64,000 nt of DNA, taken from NCBI GenBank assembly GCA_000830315.1, contig CP010426.1, positions 588,663-652,662 of the forward strand. The letters are read 5' to 3'. Shown here piece after piece: positions 1-10,102 of the stretch (position 1 is its first letter; each line of letters begins with the position of its first letter). Both the position numbers and the translations under genes were made by a program. The notes under the pieces are model-generated. The model saw only the letters and a list, made by a program, of their open reading frames with translations, did not search any database and was not told where the DNA came from. Source of the DNA: an archaeon GW2011_AR20 (GTDB lineage: Archaea > Nanobdellota > Nanobdellia > SCGC-AAA011-G17 > GW2011-AR20).

Positions 1-1
1 A

Positions 2-1216
2 TATTTATCAGGATTTTATAATACCTTAGAAGATAGGCATGTTTATGCCAAAATATGGTATGATGAAAGCAATGGGATGATTGGAAGAAAAGGCAAGCTT
101 GCTAGGGTAATTTACATGACCAATATAGGAACAATTCCGGACGAGACTTTTATCACAGTTAAAGTCGGGGAGCAGGTTATTGGTTATCTAGACGAAAATT
201 TTTTAGAGAGAATGAAGCACGGGGATGTGTTTAATTTAGGCGGACAAACTTATGAATTTAATTTTTCCCGCGGAATGGTTGCCCAGGCCAAAGCTTCTCC
301 TGGAAGACCTCCAACCATACCAAATTGGGTTTCAGAAATGCTGCCGTTAAGCTTTGATTTAGCCATGGAAATCGGAAAATTTCGCAGATTAATGGAGGAA
401 AAGTTCAAGAATAAAACAAAAAAGGAAATCCTCGAATTCATTGATTCTTATTTATATGTTGATAAAAATGCTTCTTTAGCAATTTATAATTATTTTAACG
501 AGCAGTATTTATATCTAAAGGAAATTCCGAATGACAAGAAGATATTGATTGAGCATTACAATGAAGATAACAAAAAATACGTTATTTTTCATACATTATT
601 CGGGAGAAGGGTAAATGACTGCTTATCCCGCGCTTTAGGGTATGCAATCGGAAAACTGCAGCACAAGGATGTTGAAATTGGAATCAATGACAATGGTTTT
701 TACTTAAGTTATGAGGGAAGCGTTCAGGTTGTCCAGACTTTTAAGTTATTAAAATCTGAAAAAATAAGAGAGCTGTTGGAGAGGGCAATAGAAAACTCTG
801 AAATATTAAAAAGAAGATTTAGGCATTGTGCAACCCGCTCATTAATGATATTAAGGGAATATAAAGGAATGAAGAAAAGAGTTGGAAGACAGCAAGTTTC
901 TTCTATGTTATTAATAAGTGCATTAAAAAGGATAAGCAATGATTTTTCCATCTTAAAAGAAGCTAAAAGAGAAGTTCTTGAGGATTTGATGGATGTTGAA
1001 AATACAACCAAGATATTAAAGAGGATTGAGAATGAGGAAATTAAATTAAAGGAAGTTCATACCACAATACCAAGCCCGTTTGCATTCAATATTGTCTTGC
1101 AGGGTTATCTTGATATATTAAAAATAGAGGATAAAATTAAATTCTTGAGGAATATGCATACCTTGATATTGGCTAAAATCGGGAAGGAGCATGAAATAGA
1201 ATATGAAAATTCATGA
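2..1216 (+). CDS. lhr: Lhr-type ATP-dependent helicase, C-terminal part (5' truncated by window edge)
   Basis: Frame open from position 2; motifs YMTNIGTIPD, LDENFLERMKHGDVFNLGG, FHTLFGRRVND, PSPFAFNI typical of archaeal Lhr-core; followed by the usual metallophosphoesterase partner. Confidence 0.88.
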   Translation, partial: YLSGFYNTLEDRHVYAKIWYDESNGMIGRKGKLARVIYMTNIGTIPDETFITVKVGEQVIGYLDENFLERMKHGDVFNLGGQTYEFNFSRGMVAQAKASPGRPPTIPNWVSEMLPLSFDLAMEIGKFRRLMEEKFKNKTKKEILEFIDSYLYVDKNASLAIYNYFNEQYLYLKEIPNDKKILIEHYNEDNKKYVIFHTLFGRRVNDCLSRALGYAIGKLQHKDVEIGINDNGFYLSYEGSVQVVQTFKLLKSEKIRELLERAIENSEILKRRFRHCATRSLMILREYKGMKKRVGRQQVSSMLLISALKRISNDFSILKEAKREVLEDLMDVENTTKILKRIENEEIKLKEVHTTIPSPFAFNIVLQGYLDILKIEDKIKFLRNMHTLILAKIGKEHEIEYENS

Positions 1217-1925
1217 TAATATTGAAATGATTGATTTAGGATTATATTTAAAGAATTATAAGACTTTAATTATTTCAGATTTGCATATTGGTTTAGAGGA
1301 AAGCTTGAATAAAAGAGGGGTTTTAATTCCGAGATTCCAGTTTGAGGATTTTTTGAATAAATTAAAATTAATATTTAATAAGGTTAAGGTTGATAGGGTG
1401 ATATTGAATGGTGATTTAAAGCATGAATTCGGTGAAATTTCCCAGCAAGAACAGAAAAATATATTAAGATTATTTGATTTTTTAAATGATAAAGAAGTTA
1501 TAATCATCAAGGGAAATCATGATCCAATTTTATTTCCAATAGCTGAAAAAAGAAATATGAAATTAGTTGAAAGTTATAATTTAGATGATATAACTATTTT
1601 GCATGGGGATAAGATACTGGTTAATTTGGGTAAAATATTGATTATAGGACATGAACATCCTGCTATCTTATTAAAAAAAGGAATCAGGACGGAAAAATAC
1701 TCCTGTTTTTTGAAAGGGAAATGGAAAAATAAAACATTAATTGTAATACCCTCATTTAATTTATTGACGCATGGAACAGATGTTTTGGATATTCTAAGTG
1801 AAAGATTACTCAGCCCTTTTTTAGATAATATTGATAATTACGAGGTTTTTATAGTAGAACCGAATGAAAAAGAAATATCAAAAACTTTATATTTCGGTAA
1901 AATTAAAGATATAAGGAAACTATGA
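1203..1925 (+). CDS. Lhr-associated metallophosphoesterase (calcineurin-like)
   Basis: SDLHIG, NGDLKH, GNHD, HGD, GHEHP motifs; overlaps lhr stop. Confidence 0.88.
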   Translation: MKIHDNIEMIDLGLYLKNYKTLIISDLHIGLEESLNKRGVLIPRFQFEDFLNKLKLIFNKVKVDRVILNGDLKHEFGEISQQEQKNILRLFDFLNDKEVIIIKGNHDPILFPIAEKRNMKLVESYNLDDITILHGDKILVNLGKILIIGHEHPAILLKKGIRTEKYSCFLKGKWKNKTLIVIPSFNLLTHGTDVLDILSERLLSPFLDNIDNYEVFIVEPNEKEISKTLYFGKIKDIRKL

Positions 1926-2257
1926 AACAAGTTATTTTAGTAAGAAAAGATTTGAAATTATCTAGGGGAAAGTTGGCTAGTCAATGCTCGCATGCAAGCG
2001 TTGAAGCTGTTTTAAAAAGTGATAAAGAGAAAATAAATGAATGGAGAAAATTTTCCAAGAAAGTCGTATTAAAGGTCAGGGATGAAAAAGAATTGCTTGA
2101 TCTTAAAAAGCTGGCAGATAGAGAGAAATTAGTTACGGCCTTAATAAAGGATGCTGGCAGAACAGAGATTAAACCAGGAACAATAACATGTCTGGCTATT
2201 GGCCCGGACGAAGATAAAAAAATAGACAAAATTACAGGAAAATTAAAAATACTTTAA
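1922..2257 (+). CDS. pth2: Peptidyl-tRNA hydrolase Pth2
   Basis: KQVILVRKDL..GKLASQCSHA, DAGRTEI, AIGP motifs. Confidence 0.95.
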   Translation: MKQVILVRKDLKLSRGKLASQCSHASVEAVLKSDKEKINEWRKFSKKVVLKVRDEKELLDLKKLADREKLVTALIKDAGRTEIKPGTITCLAIGPDEDKKIDKITGKLKIL

Positions 2258-2258
2258 A

Positions 2259-2543
2259 ATGACCCACGAGATATTAGAGAAATTGGAAGAAAGATTAACT
2301 AATTTGGGGGATAAATGCGTTGATGGCAAAGACCATGAATTAGCACCGTTTGTTTATTATGGCAAAAAAAGTGATTTTGAAGATGTTTGCAATAAATGCG
2401 GCGGTTTTAAAATAAATCCAAAAGGCATTTACTCAAACACTGGTTTGCTGCACTATATTGACTCTGATAGATATGAAACTTTGTTAAAATATTCTAATTG
2501 TATAAAAGAAAAAAATGGGATGGATAAAAGAAAAAATCTATAG
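2259..2543 (+). CDS. Hypothetical protein, possible Zn-binding (C..H..CxxC)
   Basis: 94-aa ORF packed in operon; CVDGKDH and CNKCG. Confidence 0.55.
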   Translation: MTHEILEKLEERLTNLGDKCVDGKDHELAPFVYYGKKSDFEDVCNKCGGFKINPKGIYSNTGLLHYIDSDRYETLLKYSNCIKEKNGMDKRKNL

Positions 2544-2943
2544 GTTTTTGGAACTAGACAAGTTTGTTTATGATGAGATATTTATAAGCAGGAGCGTCAT
2601 TTACAGGATAATTGAGTTTGCCAATTCAAATTACCCAAAAGAATTTGTCGCTTTTTTAAAAGGCAAAATTTTAAATAAGAGATTAATAATAAATGACTTG
2701 GTTTATCAGCATTTTAAAGCAGGCTTTCATTCTGCAAGCGTTAACAAGCAATTGCCTCTGGGAAGAGAAATTTTTGGAACAATTCACAGCCATCCGGGCT
2801 ACAGCAATGGGCCGAGTTATCAGGATTTGCTGTTTTTTAATGACAATGGCACCTTACATTTAATTATTTGCAAGCCTTTTAATCTAAATTCAATAAGGGC
2901 TTATAATGCACTAGGAAAGGAGATAAATTTTAAAGTTTATTAA
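2515..2943 (+). CDS. JAB/MPN (Mov34) metalloprotease-domain protein
   Basis: YPKEF ... GTIHSHPGYSNGPSYQD fits JAMM E-xn-HxH-x7-S-x2-D. Confidence 0.88.
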   Translation: MGWIKEKIYRFLELDKFVYDEIFISRSVIYRIIEFANSNYPKEFVAFLKGKILNKRLIINDLVYQHFKAGFHSASVNKQLPLGREIFGTIHSHPGYSNGPSYQDLLFFNDNGTLHLIICKPFNLNSIRAYNALGKEINFKVY

Positions 2944-2960
2944 AAAACCACGAACGACAG

Positions 2961-2970
2961 CTTTATAAAT
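2961..2970 (+). promoter_or_regulatory. TATA box of the 5S rRNA gene
   Basis: CTTTATAAAT about 25 nt upstream of the 5S start. Confidence 0.6.
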
Positions 2971-2993
2971 ATTAAATTTTATCAATCAAAACT

Positions 2994-3110
2994 TAGGACG
3001 ACCATAGTGGCTTGGATACACCCGATCCCATTCGAACTCGGAAGTTAAGCAAGCCTACGTTCCTGGTTGTACTGCACTCGGTTGTGGGAAGCCAGGAAAG
3101 TTGTCCGCCT
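2994..3110 (+). rRNA. rrf: 5S rRNA (stand-alone)
   Basis: GC-rich ~115 nt with GACCATAG, CACCCGATCCCATTCGAACTCGGAAGTTAAG; terminal helix GGACGAC/GTTGTCC; ends approximate. Confidence 0.92.
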
Positions 3111-3137
3111 TTATTCTTACCTTCCCGATAAATGAGA

Positions 3138-3163
3138 AAGTCACTAATTTAAGTCACTAATTT
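3138..3163. repeat. Perfect 13-bp tandem repeat (AAGTCACTAATTT x2)
   Basis: Directly visible downstream of 5S rRNA. Confidence 0.8.
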
Positions 3164-3278
3164 CTATGATTTGACCTCCATATCTTTAATTTTCTTAATA
3201 TTATAAAGATATACTTATATTTTAGCTTTAAAATAAATAGTTATTTTTTGCTTTATTTTTAATTACATAAAATTTGTT

Positions 3279-4478
3279 TTATCTAAACCTTCTCCTATGA
3301 AAATCATTTCTTCTCTGTGACCTATTATCTCTTCTGAAATTTCTATTCTCGCTTCTTTCAACCCTGACCATCTGCACTTTGGGAAATTCAGGCAATTTTA
3401 ATTTTTTAACTATTAGGCTTCTGTCCTCCAAAACCCTTCTGAAATTATCATAATCTAATTCGCACAATAAAGAAATAACTTTTCCTTCATTTCCTGCCCT
3501 CGCAGTTCTTCCAATCCTGTGTATGTACTCATTTGAAGTTTTTGGAATATCATAATTAATAATATGAGTTACATTTTTAATATCCAAGCCGCGCGCAGCA
3601 ACATCGCTTGCAATCAAAACATCTGCTTTGCTGCCATGGAACATATCTATGGCCTGCTTTCTTCTGTTTTGGCTCATTCCGCCATGTAATTTTAAAGCTT
3701 TAATCCCGTTCGTGTATAAGTTTTTTGAAAGTATATCAACCATTCTTCTGGTTGCACAAAATATAATTGTTAACCCTTTTTCGTGTTTTAATAAATAAGC
3801 CAACAAAGAAAATTTATCTCTTGAAGGAACATCGTAATAATGCTGCACAAGCTTGCCTTCGTCAACATAAGACTTGACTTTTATCAACTCCGGGTTTTTC
3901 ATATAATTCTTTACAATATGGTGCACCTGGGATGAAATTGTAGCGCTAAAAAGCAGGGTTTGTCTGTTTTGCTTTAAATATGAGATTATTTTTTTTACGT
4001 CATCTATGAAGCCCATTTCAAACATTTTGTCTGCTTCATCCAAGACAAGAATATTAACCTTGTTTAAGATAATTGTTCTTCTCTGAATATGATCAAGAAT
4101 TCTTCCAGGCGTTCCGACAACGATTTCAGTATGTCTTAAACTATCTATCTGCGGATTAATTGAAACACCCCCGTAAACAGAAGTGATATTCATTTTCTTG
4201 TATTTTGAGAATTTATGCATCTCATTTGTAACCTGCACGCATAATTCCCTTGTTGGAACCAGGATTAGAACTTGAATTCCCTGCCCGTGTATTGTTTTTT
4301 CAATTATAGGAAGACCGAACACAGCAGTTTTTCCAGATCCGGTGCGGGACTGTGCAATTACGTCTTTTCCTTCCTGTATTTTTGGAATGCTTTTTTTTTG
4401 AATATCTGTCCATTCGGTAAATCCCAAATCATCTACAGCCTGGGCTATCTCCTGCTGCAAATGTATTCCTGTTATCAT
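3279..4478 (-). CDS. DEAD-box RNA helicase
   Basis: Q motif, TGSGKT, PTREL, TPGR, DEAD, SAT, ARGLD, HRIGRTAR; Arg-rich tail. Confidence 0.96.
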   Translation of the reverse strand: MITGIHLQQEIAQAVDDLGFTEWTDIQKKSIPKIQEGKDVIAQSRTGSGKTAVFGLPIIEKTIHGQGIQVLILVPTRELCVQVTNEMHKFSKYKKMNITSVYGGVSINPQIDSLRHTEIVVGTPGRILDHIQRRTIILNKVNILVLDEADKMFEMGFIDDVKKIISYLKQNRQTLLFSATISSQVHHIVKNYMKNPELIKVKSYVDEGKLVQHYYDVPSRDKFSLLAYLLKHEKGLTIIFCATRRMVDILSKNLYTNGIKALKLHGGMSQNRRKQAIDMFHGSKADVLIASDVAARGLDIKNVTHIINYDIPKTSNEYIHRIGRTARAGNEGKVISLLCELDYDNFRRVLEDRSLIVKKLKLPEFPKVQMVRVERSENRNFRRDNRSQRRNDFHRRRFR

Positions 4479-4516
4479 AATATAATTTCAGAAATTTGAT
4501 TTATAAAGCTTTGTTA

Positions 4517-5104
4517 TTATAATTTCTCAATATAACCTCTGCATTTTGAATTAAACAATTTTTCAAGAGTTTCAATGTCATTTTTGCAGTGTTCTTTTAT
4601 TTTTTCTAAATTATTTTCTTTCCACAGCCTTTCAACATCTTTTCCAGTAATCCCTTCATCAATAAATTCAATATTATTTAATTTGGCCAGAACTTTCAGG
4701 TTCGGATTTGTAAAAACATTCTGGGAAAATATGATCATAGTATCAAGATGATTGCTTTTAAGCATATTCCAGTGGTTTAAATTAATCTCCTTGCTTACCC
4801 TGAGGTTATTTATCATGCTTCTTATAATTATAAAAGGAATATCGAATTTGTAGCCATTATGAGTGACAATTACAGAATTGTTTGTTTTCATGAAATCCCA
4901 GAATTGAGTTAAAATCTCTTTCTCATCTCCAGTTAATAGCCTGACTTCATTATTATATTTCAATCCTATGACAATTATTCTGCTATAATGGGGATTTAAG
5001 CTTCTTGCAGCGTCAGTCAATTTTTTATCCATCAGGTATCTCATTATGAATTCGTCATTTATTTCTAATGGTACTGTTTCAATATCCAAAAACAAATATT
5101 CCAT
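4517..5104 (-). CDS. RNase H-like 3'-5' exonuclease (PolB-exonuclease-like)
   Basis: FLDIET, THNGYKFDIPF, HCKND DEDD-type motifs. Confidence 0.8.
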   Translation of the reverse strand: MEYLFLDIETVPLEINDEFIMRYLMDKKLTDAARSLNPHYSRIIVIGLKYNNEVRLLTGDEKEILTQFWDFMKTNNSVIVTHNGYKFDIPFIIIRSMINNLRVSKEINLNHWNMLKSNHLDTMIIFSQNVFTNPNLKVLAKLNNIEFIDEGITGKDVERLWKENNLEKIKEHCKNDIETLEKLFNSKCRGYIEKL

Positions 5105-5154
5105 GGCAATATTAATCTAATAAGGTATATAAACCTTACATTATTTCCAGTTCT

Positions 5155-5544
5155 ATGGCTGATAAAACAGAGGAAGTTTGGAAAAAGAAATTAAGCAAGG
5201 AGCAATATCATGTTTTGAGGGAGAAAGGGACTGAAATGCCTTTTACAGGAAAGCTGCTTTTTAATAAAGATAAAGGGGTTTATACTTGTACAGCGTGCGG
5301 AAATGAGATTTTCTCTTCAGATGCAAAATTTGAATCAGGAACAGGCTGGCCCAGTTTCTTTCGCCCGATTTCAAAAGATGCTGTAGAAAAAAAGATAGAT
5401 GCAAGCAATGGAATTATAAGAACAGAGATAATATGCAGGAAATGCAAATCTCATCTCGGGCATGTTTTTGACGACGGTCCAAAACCAACTGGATTAAGAT
5501 ATTGCCTGAATTCTGTTTGTTTAGATTTTAAAAAGAAAAAATGA
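5155..5544 (+). CDS. msrB: Peptide methionine-(R)-sulfoxide reductase MsrB
   Basis: [24 protein letters not shown]. Confidence 0.97.
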   Translation: MADKTEEVWKKKLSKEQYHVLREKGTEMPFTGKLLFNKDKGVYTCTACGNEIFSSDAKFESGTGWPSFFRPISKDAVEKKIDASNGIIRTEIICRKCKSHLGHVFDDGPKPTGLRYCLNSVCLDFKKKK

Positions 5545-5639
5545 AAAATACTGAAAAAGCAGGAAAATTTTATCCTGTCGAACATCTAATCTTTTGTAAT
5601 GCTAAAAGGCATTTAAAATAATATTTATATTTCAATCCA

Positions 5640-6218
5640 CTATTTTTTATGAATTTTTCTTCTGGAGAAAGCGTGTCTTTTTTCAACGATGTAATTAAGA
5701 ACTATCGAAGCAGAAGAACTAAGATTCATGCTTTCAATAATTCCATACATGGGAATTTGGATACAGAAATCGCAGGCTTCCAAAGCTTCCTGTGACAAAC
5801 CACGTGTCTCATTGCCGAACCATATCGCCAAATGGTGTTGTGTATACTTTCCCTCAAAAAGAGGAATATTCTTTTTACCTAACGGATGTGGAGATGTTCC
5901 TACATTTATAAATTTCTTTTTAGCCAAGTGTTGCAAGCATTCAGCTGTAGAAGAAAATTTCCTTAAATATAGCCATTTGATTCCAGAGGAACTTAAGCTA
6001 ACTAATTTGGGATTATCGCGCATACTTTGCCAATTTTTTGGAAGTTTTAATCTACCCTCATCAATTAAATACACTTTGCCTACACCTAATGCTTCAGCTG
6101 TTCGAACTATTCCCATCAAATTGTTGATGAATTTAGGTTTTTCAACAACACAAACCAATGTCCTTGATCTAAAAACTGAAGCTTTGTTAGCCCTTTCTCT
6201 TAAAGTTATTCGTGACAT
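5640..6218 (-). CDS. SpoU/TrmH family RNA 2'-O-methyltransferase
   Basis: NNLMGIVRTAEALG, FGNETRGLS, IPMYGIIESMNLS. Confidence 0.9.
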   Translation of the reverse strand: MSRITLRERANKASVFRSRTLVCVVEKPKFINNLMGIVRTAEALGVGKVYLIDEGRLKLPKNWQSMRDNPKLVSLSSSGIKWLYLRKFSSTAECLQHLAKKKFINVGTSPHPLGKKNIPLFEGKYTQHHLAIWFGNETRGLSQEALEACDFCIQIPMYGIIESMNLSSSASIVLNYIVEKRHAFSRRKIHKK

Positions 6219-6285
6219 TTTAATCTCCTTATAATTAATAGCTATATTATTTTATAAATATTTAGTATCTTATTAGAATAAACTA

Positions 6286-6405
6286 TGCTCCGTCCGGGAT
6301 TTGAACCCGGGTCTCGGCCTTTCTTCTCTTTGCTTTATTTTGCTGAAGCTTTTTTTTAAAACTTCCTCGAAAGGGCCGAATCCTTGGCCGCTAGACTAAC
6401 GGAGC
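6286..6405 (-). tRNA. tRNA-Glu(TTC) with 37/38 intron
   Basis: Reverse complement folds GCTCCGT..ACGGAGC-A; anticodon stem CGGCC/GGCCG, loop CT-TTC-G, ~47-nt intron with BHB helix CTTT/GAAG; T-arm GGGTTCAAATCCC. Confidence 0.9.
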
Positions 6406-6409
6406 AATG

Positions 6410-6515
6410 TGGGCCTGAGCGGATTTGAACCGCCGACCACGCGTGCTCTTAGCTTACTAATGCACCTGGCATCGTCATATAAGACGCGTGCTCTACCAGG
6501 CTAAGCTACAGGCCC
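6410..6515 (-). tRNA. tRNA-Ile(TAT) with 37/38 intron
   Basis: GGGCCTG..CAGGCCC-A; anticodon stem CGCGT/ACGCG, loop CT-TAT-A, 32-nt intron with BHB helix CTTA/TAAG. Confidence 0.87.
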
Positions 6516-6595
6516 TTGAATAAAAAGCTTTAAGCCAGATATTTAAACCTTACTAAAAAGAAAGATTTTTATTAACATGAAATAGCAATTTATTA

Positions 6596-9136
6596 ATGCA
6601 ATTTTATAAGCTTGATAAAAAAGAGGTATTTAAATTCCTAGATTCTGATGAAGAAGGATTAACGAATCAAGAATCTAACTTAAGATTAGGAAAATATGGC
6701 TTAAATGAATTACAAGCCAAGAAGGAAAACAGGGCATTAAAGATTTTATTTTCCCAATTAAATAGCTTTGTTGTTTATATCTTAATTGCTGCGATGCTTA
6801 TCTCTTTCTTTGTAAGGGAATATTTAGATGGAATTGTTATCTGTGCGATTATAATACTAAACACCCTGCTTGGATTTTTCCAGGAATACAAGGCAGAAAG
6901 GGCAATTCAGGCATTAAAAAAACTTGAAACGAGTAAATGCCTGGTTGTAAGGGATAAAAAGCACATTATGATTGAGAGCAAATTTCTTGTTCCCGGCGAT
7001 ATAATTCTCCTAGAAGAAGGAAATAAAGTTCCAAGTGATTGTTATTTATTAGAGGCTTACGATGTAAAGGCAGACGAGAGCATTTTGACAGGTGAAAGTG
7101 TTCCTGTAAAAAAATTTGCCAATAAAATAGATCATGATGCCCAGATAGCGGACCAGAGCAATATGCTGTTCTCAAGCACCACTGTCGTAAGCGGCAAGGC
7201 AAAAGCAATTGTTGTCAAAACAGCAATGGAAACCGAAGTGGGCAAGATAGCAAATATCATACAGGAGGATAAAGAAAAAGCAACACCTTTGCAGAAGAAA
7301 TTAGCCTCTCTTGGAAAAACTCTTGGTATAGCCGTAATAATTATTGCATTAATAATTTTGTTTACCGGTTTATTGGAAGGGGAAGATTTAGGCAGCATGT
7401 TGTTGATAGCAATAAGCCTGGCTGTTGCGGCTGTTCCAGAAGGACTCCCGGCAGTTGTAACAATTTCCCTTGCTCTTGGCGTGCAAAGAATGGTCAAAAA
7501 AAATGTTTTGGTTAGGAAATTAAGTTCTGTTGAAACTTTAGGAAGCACAACCATAATTTGCTCTGATAAAACAGGAACCCTTACACAAAATAAAATGACG
7601 GTTACGAAAATGTTTTTAGACAATAAAGTTCTTGACATAAGCGAGAATTCAAAGAACAAGGACTTATTGTTGAAAATTATGGTTAACTGCAATGATGCTA
7701 AATTGCCTGATATAGGGGATCCAACTGAATTGGCGTTATTAAGAATAGAACCAAAAACCCCTGTTTATGCAAGAATAGATGAAATCCCGTTTAACTCTGA
7801 AAGAAAGTATATGATAACACACCACAAATTTGATAATAAGGTAATGACGTTTTCTAAATTTGCGCCTGAGAAAATTCTTGAGTTATGCTCTTATATTAAT
7901 GTTAATGGAAAGATAACAAAATTTACCAACGAGAAAAAAGCACATATCCTAAAAATTAACGAGGATTTGGCAAAACAAGCCTTGCGTTTGCTTGGATGTG
8001 CTTATTCCGACGGGAAAAAAACAAAAGATTTGATTTTTGTTGGCTTGGTTGGCATGATTGATCCGCCGAGGCCAGAAATTAAGAATTCTATTGAGATATG
8101 CAAAAGAGCAGGCATAAAATCCGTGATGATAACAGGGGATCATAAGATTACAGCACAGGCCATTGCAAGGCAGATAGGTTTAGATGATAGGGCATTAACC
8201 GGCCAGGAATTAGAAGAACTATCTGATGAAAGGCTTGAGCAGATTGTTAATGACATAAGCATATATGCAAGGGTAAATCCCGAGCATAAAGTCAGGATAT
8301 TAAATGCATTAAAGAAAAAGGGAAACATTGTTGCAATGACCGGAGACGGAATAAATGATGCACCTGCTTTGAAGAAATCAGACATTGGTGTGGCAATAGG
8401 AAGCGGAACAGATGTTGCCAAGGAAGCTTCTGACATGGTCTTGCTGGATAATAATTTTCATTCAATCACATTGGCAGTTGAAGAAGGAAGGGGGATATAT
8501 GACAATATTAAAAGATTTGTCAATTACCTATTATCAAGTAATTTCGGGGAGGTGTTAATTTTATTTGCCGCCATATTGATCGGATTTAAGGATGAACTTG
8601 GGGGAATAGCCCTGCCTCTGGGAGCATTGGAATTATTGTGGATAAATTTGGTTACAGACGGCTTGCCTGCATTGGCTTTGGGCGTTGATGCCATAACAAT
8701 AGAGTTAATGTCAAGAAAGCCAAGAAAGCCGAAGGAAAACATTATTTCAAAGACAATGACGTTTAACATAATTGCAACATCATTAATAATGGCTTTAATT
8801 GTCTTGTTTTTATTTAACAAGTTTTTATCCCAGGGTTTATTAAAGGCGCAGACAATTGCATTTACCACCATCGTGATTTTGGAAATGGCGCGTGTATTAA
8901 TAATACGCAGGGAGTATAAATTAAATTTATTTTCGAATAAATGGTTAATCTTGGCCATAATGAGCTCAATCACCCTCCAGTTGGTTGTGATTTATACGCC
9001 TTTGAACAAAATATTTGAAACAGTTCCATTAACCTTGATTGAATTGGGATATATCGGGGCAGCTGCACTGGCAATGTTTGTTTTTGGTGCAATAGCAAAT
9101 TATATAATAAGAAACTTTACCAAGGAAATGGACTAA
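6596..9136 (+). CDS. Cation-transporting P-type ATPase (Ca2+, type IIA-like)
   Basis: TGES, PEGL, DKTGTLT, MITGD, TGDGINDAPAL, WINLVTDGLPA. Confidence 0.96.
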   Translation: MQFYKLDKKEVFKFLDSDEEGLTNQESNLRLGKYGLNELQAKKENRALKILFSQLNSFVVYILIAAMLISFFVREYLDGIVICAIIILNTLLGFFQEYKAERAIQALKKLETSKCLVVRDKKHIMIESKFLVPGDIILLEEGNKVPSDCYLLEAYDVKADESILTGESVPVKKFANKIDHDAQIADQSNMLFSSTTVVSGKAKAIVVKTAMETEVGKIANIIQEDKEKATPLQKKLASLGKTLGIAVIIIALIILFTGLLEGEDLGSMLLIAISLAVAAVPEGLPAVVTISLALGVQRMVKKNVLVRKLSSVETLGSTTIICSDKTGTLTQNKMTVTKMFLDNKVLDISENSKNKDLLLKIMVNCNDAKLPDIGDPTELALLRIEPKTPVYARIDEIPFNSERKYMITHHKFDNKVMTFSKFAPEKILELCSYINVNGKITKFTNEKKAHILKINEDLAKQALRLLGCAYSDGKKTKDLIFVGLVGMIDPPRPEIKNSIEICKRAGIKSVMITGDHKITAQAIARQIGLDDRALTGQELEELSDERLEQIVNDISIYARVNPEHKVRILNALKKKGNIVAMTGDGINDAPALKKSDIGVAIGSGTDVAKEASDMVLLDNNFHSITLAVEEGRGIYDNIKRFVNYLLSSNFGEVLILFAAILIGFKDELGGIALPLGALELLWINLVTDGLPALALGVDAITIELMSRKPRKPKENIISKTMTFNIIATSLIMALIVLFLFNKFLSQGLLKAQTIAFTTIVILEMARVLIIRREYKLNLFSNKWLILAIMSSITLQLVVIYTPLNKIFETVPLTLIELGYIGAAALAMFVFGAIANYIIRNFTKEMD

Positions 9137-9137
9137 A

Positions 9138-9569
9138 ATGAAAAAAGTCAATATAATAATATTCTTCTGCATTTTGGCAATGCTTACTTCTTTATATTTG
9201 ATTTATGTTCATTATTCAATCACAAGCTCATTCTGCGATATTTCTAACGCAGTTTCCTGTGACATTGTGAACAAAAGCCCTTATTCTGAATTATTCGGGA
9301 TTCCAGTGTCGTTTTTATCTTTCCTGATGTTTAGTTTTATATTATTAATTTCAGTTTATATTAAACAAGATAGAGAGTTTTCCGGCTTTAACAGGAAAGA
9401 ATTGATAAATATAATATTTTATTTGATGGTTTTCAGTTTATTGTTTGCCCTCTATCTGGTTTATATAGAATTGTTTGTTCTTTATTCAACCTGCATATTA
9501 TGCGTTTTACTTGATATAATAATTATAATTATTTTTATTATGGTAATTAAATTAAGAAAAACAGATTAA
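9138..9569 (+). CDS. Vitamin K epoxide reductase (VKOR) family membrane protein
   Basis: FCDIS..SCDIVNKSPYSELFGIP and C-terminal CILC. Confidence 0.9.
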   Translation: MKKVNIIIFFCILAMLTSLYLIYVHYSITSSFCDISNAVSCDIVNKSPYSELFGIPVSFLSFLMFSFILLISVYIKQDREFSGFNRKELINIIFYLMVFSLLFALYLVYIELFVLYSTCILCVLLDIIIIIIFIMVIKLRKTD

Positions 9570-9682
9570 TATGTGATAAAAATTAAATTTTTAGTTTTAA
9601 AATAATTTCTTTTTTTACTATTTACTTTATAATAGTTATAATAATCGGTTAGTTTTAAATACTTTAAAATCGCCTTTGTTTT

Positions 9683-10066
9683 ATGGCCTTGATGCCTATC
9701 GAAATCATTGCGTTTATTTTTATTGTAGTTGCTTTGTTAAAAATAGTTGTTGTAATCTTTAATAAAAAAATCTGGTATGCCAATGTGGTTAAACCAGTGT
9801 ATGGCAATCCTGAAATAAGCACGTTTGTCTTCATTCTCTTGGTATTAATTATTTTTTATTATGTTTTGAAAGATTTAATGCTTAAGGAGGTAATTGCAGT
9901 AATTGCATTGACAAGCATTTTGATGGCACTGGGATTTTTGCAATACCAGAAAGAATTGATGCCTCTGATTAATAGGATTTATAGCAAGAATCTTACCACA
10001 TGGCAGTGGATTTATATTGTTTTTTGGGTGTTTTTGCTTATCCTGGCGCTGTATGAAATATTCTAA
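9683..10066 (+). CDS. Hypothetical membrane protein (~4 TM)
   Basis: 127-aa hydrophobic ORF with upstream TATA. Confidence 0.7.
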   Translation: MALMPIEIIAFIFIVVALLKIVVVIFNKKIWYANVVKPVYGNPEISTFVFILLVLIIFYYVLKDLMLKEVIAVIALTSILMALGFLQYQKELMPLINRIYSKNLTTWQWIYIVFWVFLLILALYEIF

Positions 10067-10102
10067 CAATAAATTTATATAATGCCCTTTCTTCGTAATT
10101 AT

